Of a DNA stretch of 64,000 bases, positions 60,838 to 64,000 are shown one piece after another. Below the pieces are notes generated by a model. It worked only from the letters and a program-made list of their open reading frames with translations, did not search any database and had not been told where the DNA came from. The first letter of the stretch is position 1, and each line of letters starts with the position of its first letter. The position numbers were made by a program, and so were the translations under genes. This DNA comes from Tubulanus polymorphus (lineage: Eukaryota > Animalia > Nemertea): contig NC_134026.1 in the NCBI RefSeq assembly GCF_964204645.1, forward strand, positions 10,935,950 through 10,999,949. The letters run 5' to 3'.

Positions 60838-63794
60838 AGCGCCTCATAAATATTAAACCAAATACTAGTGACAGTGTTAGGAATCCCTAGCCCAGTACAA
60901 AATCCCCATTCGGCAGACAGGTTTTTTTCAATCCCTATGGATTAGCCGAGAGAGGGTACAATTGACCATTGCGCTCACCACATATCCTATTGCAACAAAA
61001 TCGGATCTGCGATAATTCTTAATTAAGATAAGTTGCAGTAATTTTTGAGATAACTGCTTGTAGGCTGCTGTAGTACATACGCAGTTTTCATGATTTTGCT
61101 CTCAACAGACCTCCTAAACCCACCAAATAATTCTACGCGTACATGCAGATTCAAATATCAATAGAATTATCGATATCAATTTGTACTCACCTTTAAGGTA
61201 TATATTTTTAGAAGAGATTTGGAAAATCACTATTTCTTATATGCATTTGATTGATGTAAATTGGCTAGTCAGAATATTGTATATATTGTATATATTCAAG
61301 AACATACGTCACATTTAATTCGTTAAGATAACACGGTGTTTACTGCTAAGAGAAGTTGACATCGCTGCAAGCCTTTCTTTTTATTGCAGTCAATATAAAA
61401 CATAAAAAGCCTATACGGGCTTAGGAAATATTGCGGGAATTGTGTAATAATTTATGTTCCCTGCACAATTTCATAACAAACAACACTTGTTTGGAGTATT
61501 TCCATTTCCAATTGTTTTTACGACAATGAAGTTTCTTCCGTCTCTCTACCGTAGTTTAGATAGCCAGATGATATTGAATGATATTTCTAAAAGCGGAATC
61601 TGAAGATGAAAGGGTTGTGTGAGGAAAATTCTCATATTTTGAGTTTTCATTTTCGAGTGAGCATGGAATTTCTTCGTAACAATAAGAAGCTTATCAAAAT
61701 GGTGCGCCAGTTCAAAGTACCGTTAGGGCATTAGGGCCGGGGGTCAAATATGGGTACCCCAATTCTTAAAGTTGGGTCTTTTCACCGAGCTCCTAGCTAA
61801 CCTTAAAAGATTGAAAAGCAATTGTAATGGCGTTTTGTCAGCCTTGATTAATTAATTCATGCTCAGTTAATAGTAATTTCATATATGGAGAATAATGAGT
61901 TCCGAACGCATACCCTGCCATAAACTGAACTTGAGTTGAGTGAACCTGAAAAGATACCTTCGATACCCAGTCGATGTCACCTCAAAAAATGCAATCCAAT
62001 AACATTTCTGGTTTCTTAGGTACGACTGTCGAGAAACAGCCCCTGAATTACGATCGTGATGATCAATTTAAAATCATTGGCAGCGTGATTGTTAATTGAT
62101 TCCGAGACTTCATGAAATCAATCGATTCGGAAACGTTTTCAGCGTGTAAGTGGAATCAAGGTGAAGGCAGTGTGCACGAGTAAACTGTCGTATGTAATGA
62201 TTACAGGATGGCGGTATATAGAATTGCTCCCGTTCAGATCACATACTTTGTACCTCATAGCCGAAAGTTACCTCATGTCAGCAGTGGTAGTATATCATCA
62301 TTTGTTCTGTTCTTGCTGATTTTGCAACACAAACACAGCTGATGATGAAAATAATTTAAGTAAAAAATTATATGTTGCCGTGAGTGCGACTATGCTCTCA
62401 CTAACCCATGAAACGTTATCTGCTGAACTAAACTGGAATAGACACAAAACTAAAATGGTGAGGTTCGGTTGTTACCCATTTGAATCATCTTTATACCCCA
62501 ATAGACGGGAGTAAAGACCAAATCGCCCAGTGTGTCCGGGCCTTAAGGTAGCGTATATTTGGCATCGATCCTTGATAATTGAAACAAGTACGTATGTTAT
62601 AGGGTATAGAACGACTCTTTAAACTGTCTATAAATTTAACTTATTATTTCAACGATATACATGTACATGGAGTATATAATCTTGCAGACTCGTCAAGAAC
62701 TGCAACCTTTAAACTGCGTTGGTTGAATTGGTCCTTAGCAGTGTCTTACCATAAACTGCATCAGCAATGACGCACGTCTCAGGTGTTTCCATTGCCATTT
62801 CATCAGTGGAAATGGCCTCCAGTTATGATTATGAAACAAAGTGAATCAAAATTCGAGTATCGCATAATGAGAATGTAGCCCTTAATGTCACAGTTATATA
62901 TGACTCAACATCAAACTTATTTTCAAAGCATAATACAGAACAATAAAACATAGGATATATCATCGCTTAAACTGATTGTAATAATTTAGGATTATCTTTT
63001 TAAAAAGTTGATAGACGATCTTTCTGTCACCCATGATATAGCTACAGCGATGGGTACCTAGAATTTGCTATTTTTTAAAATCTCAATAGAGTGGATTACC
63101 CCGGAAAAGGGGGCACGTAGTTTCCGTAATTTCAAATTAGCCGTTACAATTAGCCGTTGCTTCTTATCGCTATTACTAACATAGGATTGCTTAAAAGATC
63201 GCCAGGGAAATTAAATTGATGAGGGTTAGGGGTTTAAAGCAGCAATTGATATGTTAATGAGCGATTGATCAAAGGAAATAGTTTACTGTCGCAGAATGGT
63301 TGAACGATGTTCACACATTATATATTACCGTGGAACCATCAGTCATGCGTTTCATTGGATTGTATATGTTCTAGCAACAAGTACGATCCAGTCGCCAGGG
63401 TTCTTGATGACCTTTTCATCCTGCGGGGCATGAAGCCATAACATGATCTTATTACAAAATCTCATCAACCATGATGTGCTTCACAGGTAAGTATTCTCAT
63501 CTCTGGTTGATGTGAGCTTATAGTCAAAATGTAGATAACGAATGATCTAAGAATTGTCCGCTGAGTATCCCCTAAACGCACCAACTCATTTTTACATCAA
63601 CAGTCTAGTCTACGTAAAAAGCAGCAAAACCTATCGATTTGGTACGTATATATTTTTGCTCGAATAATAAACTTTTTTATCGGACTGTTCTTTTAAACAA
63701 ACTGCGACGAATTCTTGAACATGGTTAACTTCAAATTGGAGGCTTCCTTTGAAAGAATGATATTTTTCTTCAATATTGTTTCGATTTGAATGTA

Positions 63795-63966
63795 CAATCA
63801 ACCCGCGATCGGCCCTCCCATATACCCCAACCCCGCCTACCGCCAGGTTTTCTCAACGTACATCTCTATACAAATACATGGTAAAACACCCCCAATATAC
63901 CATCCACATCGGTGCAGAACGATTTTGGCGGTATAGAAAGTATGGTGGTATATCGGGGGTTGACTG
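63795..63966. mobile_element. Tc1/mariner-like MITE
   Basis: TA|CAATCAACCCGCGAT...ATCGGGGGTTGACTG|TA; imperfect TIRs with TA flanks. Confidence 0.55.
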
Positions 63967-64000
63967 TACATTCGACTTGTCATGTTCGATGATCAAATTT

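Overview
AT-rich, repeat-dense eukaryotic DNA, most likely from an invertebrate animal (inferred from the transposon repertoire; the species cannot be determined). The centrepiece is a complete 17,354-bp endogenous Polinton/Maverick-type virus at 10404-27757. It has perfect 93-bp terminal inverted repeats (TIRs), AG...CT ends and a 6-bp TATCAT target-site duplication (TSD). It encodes a protein-primed PolB (pPolB), a retroviral-type integrase with chromodomain, an A32-like packaging ATPase, major and minor jelly-roll capsid proteins and several membrane proteins. Three separate signals link it to a cytoplasmic large DNA virus (Nucleocytoviricota, NCLDV). (1) 14 of its 15 genes start at TAAATG (the 15th at TAAATAATG), and 12 have a T-run 5-7 nt upstream, the layout of a poxvirus late promoter. 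(2) It encodes a VLTF3 (poxvirus A2)-like late transcription factor. (3) Its pPolB carries a LAGLIDADG intein in catalytic motif C (YFD|TDA), the site used by giant-virus PolB inteins. Together these suggest a virophage-like hyperparasite integrated in an animal genome; this is an inference. pPolB and integrase are disrupted in this copy. The rest of the window holds LINE retrotransposons (one with a 2A-like DVEVNPGP motif), two IS3EU-like MITEs, an inverted pair of 1.6-kb Merlin-like elements built from 43-bp and 50-bp tandem arrays, a 561-bp-arm inverted repeat, other MITEs, and one plausible single-exon host gene for a KCNE-like single-pass membrane protein (57087-57614). All family assignments come from motif reading, not database searches.
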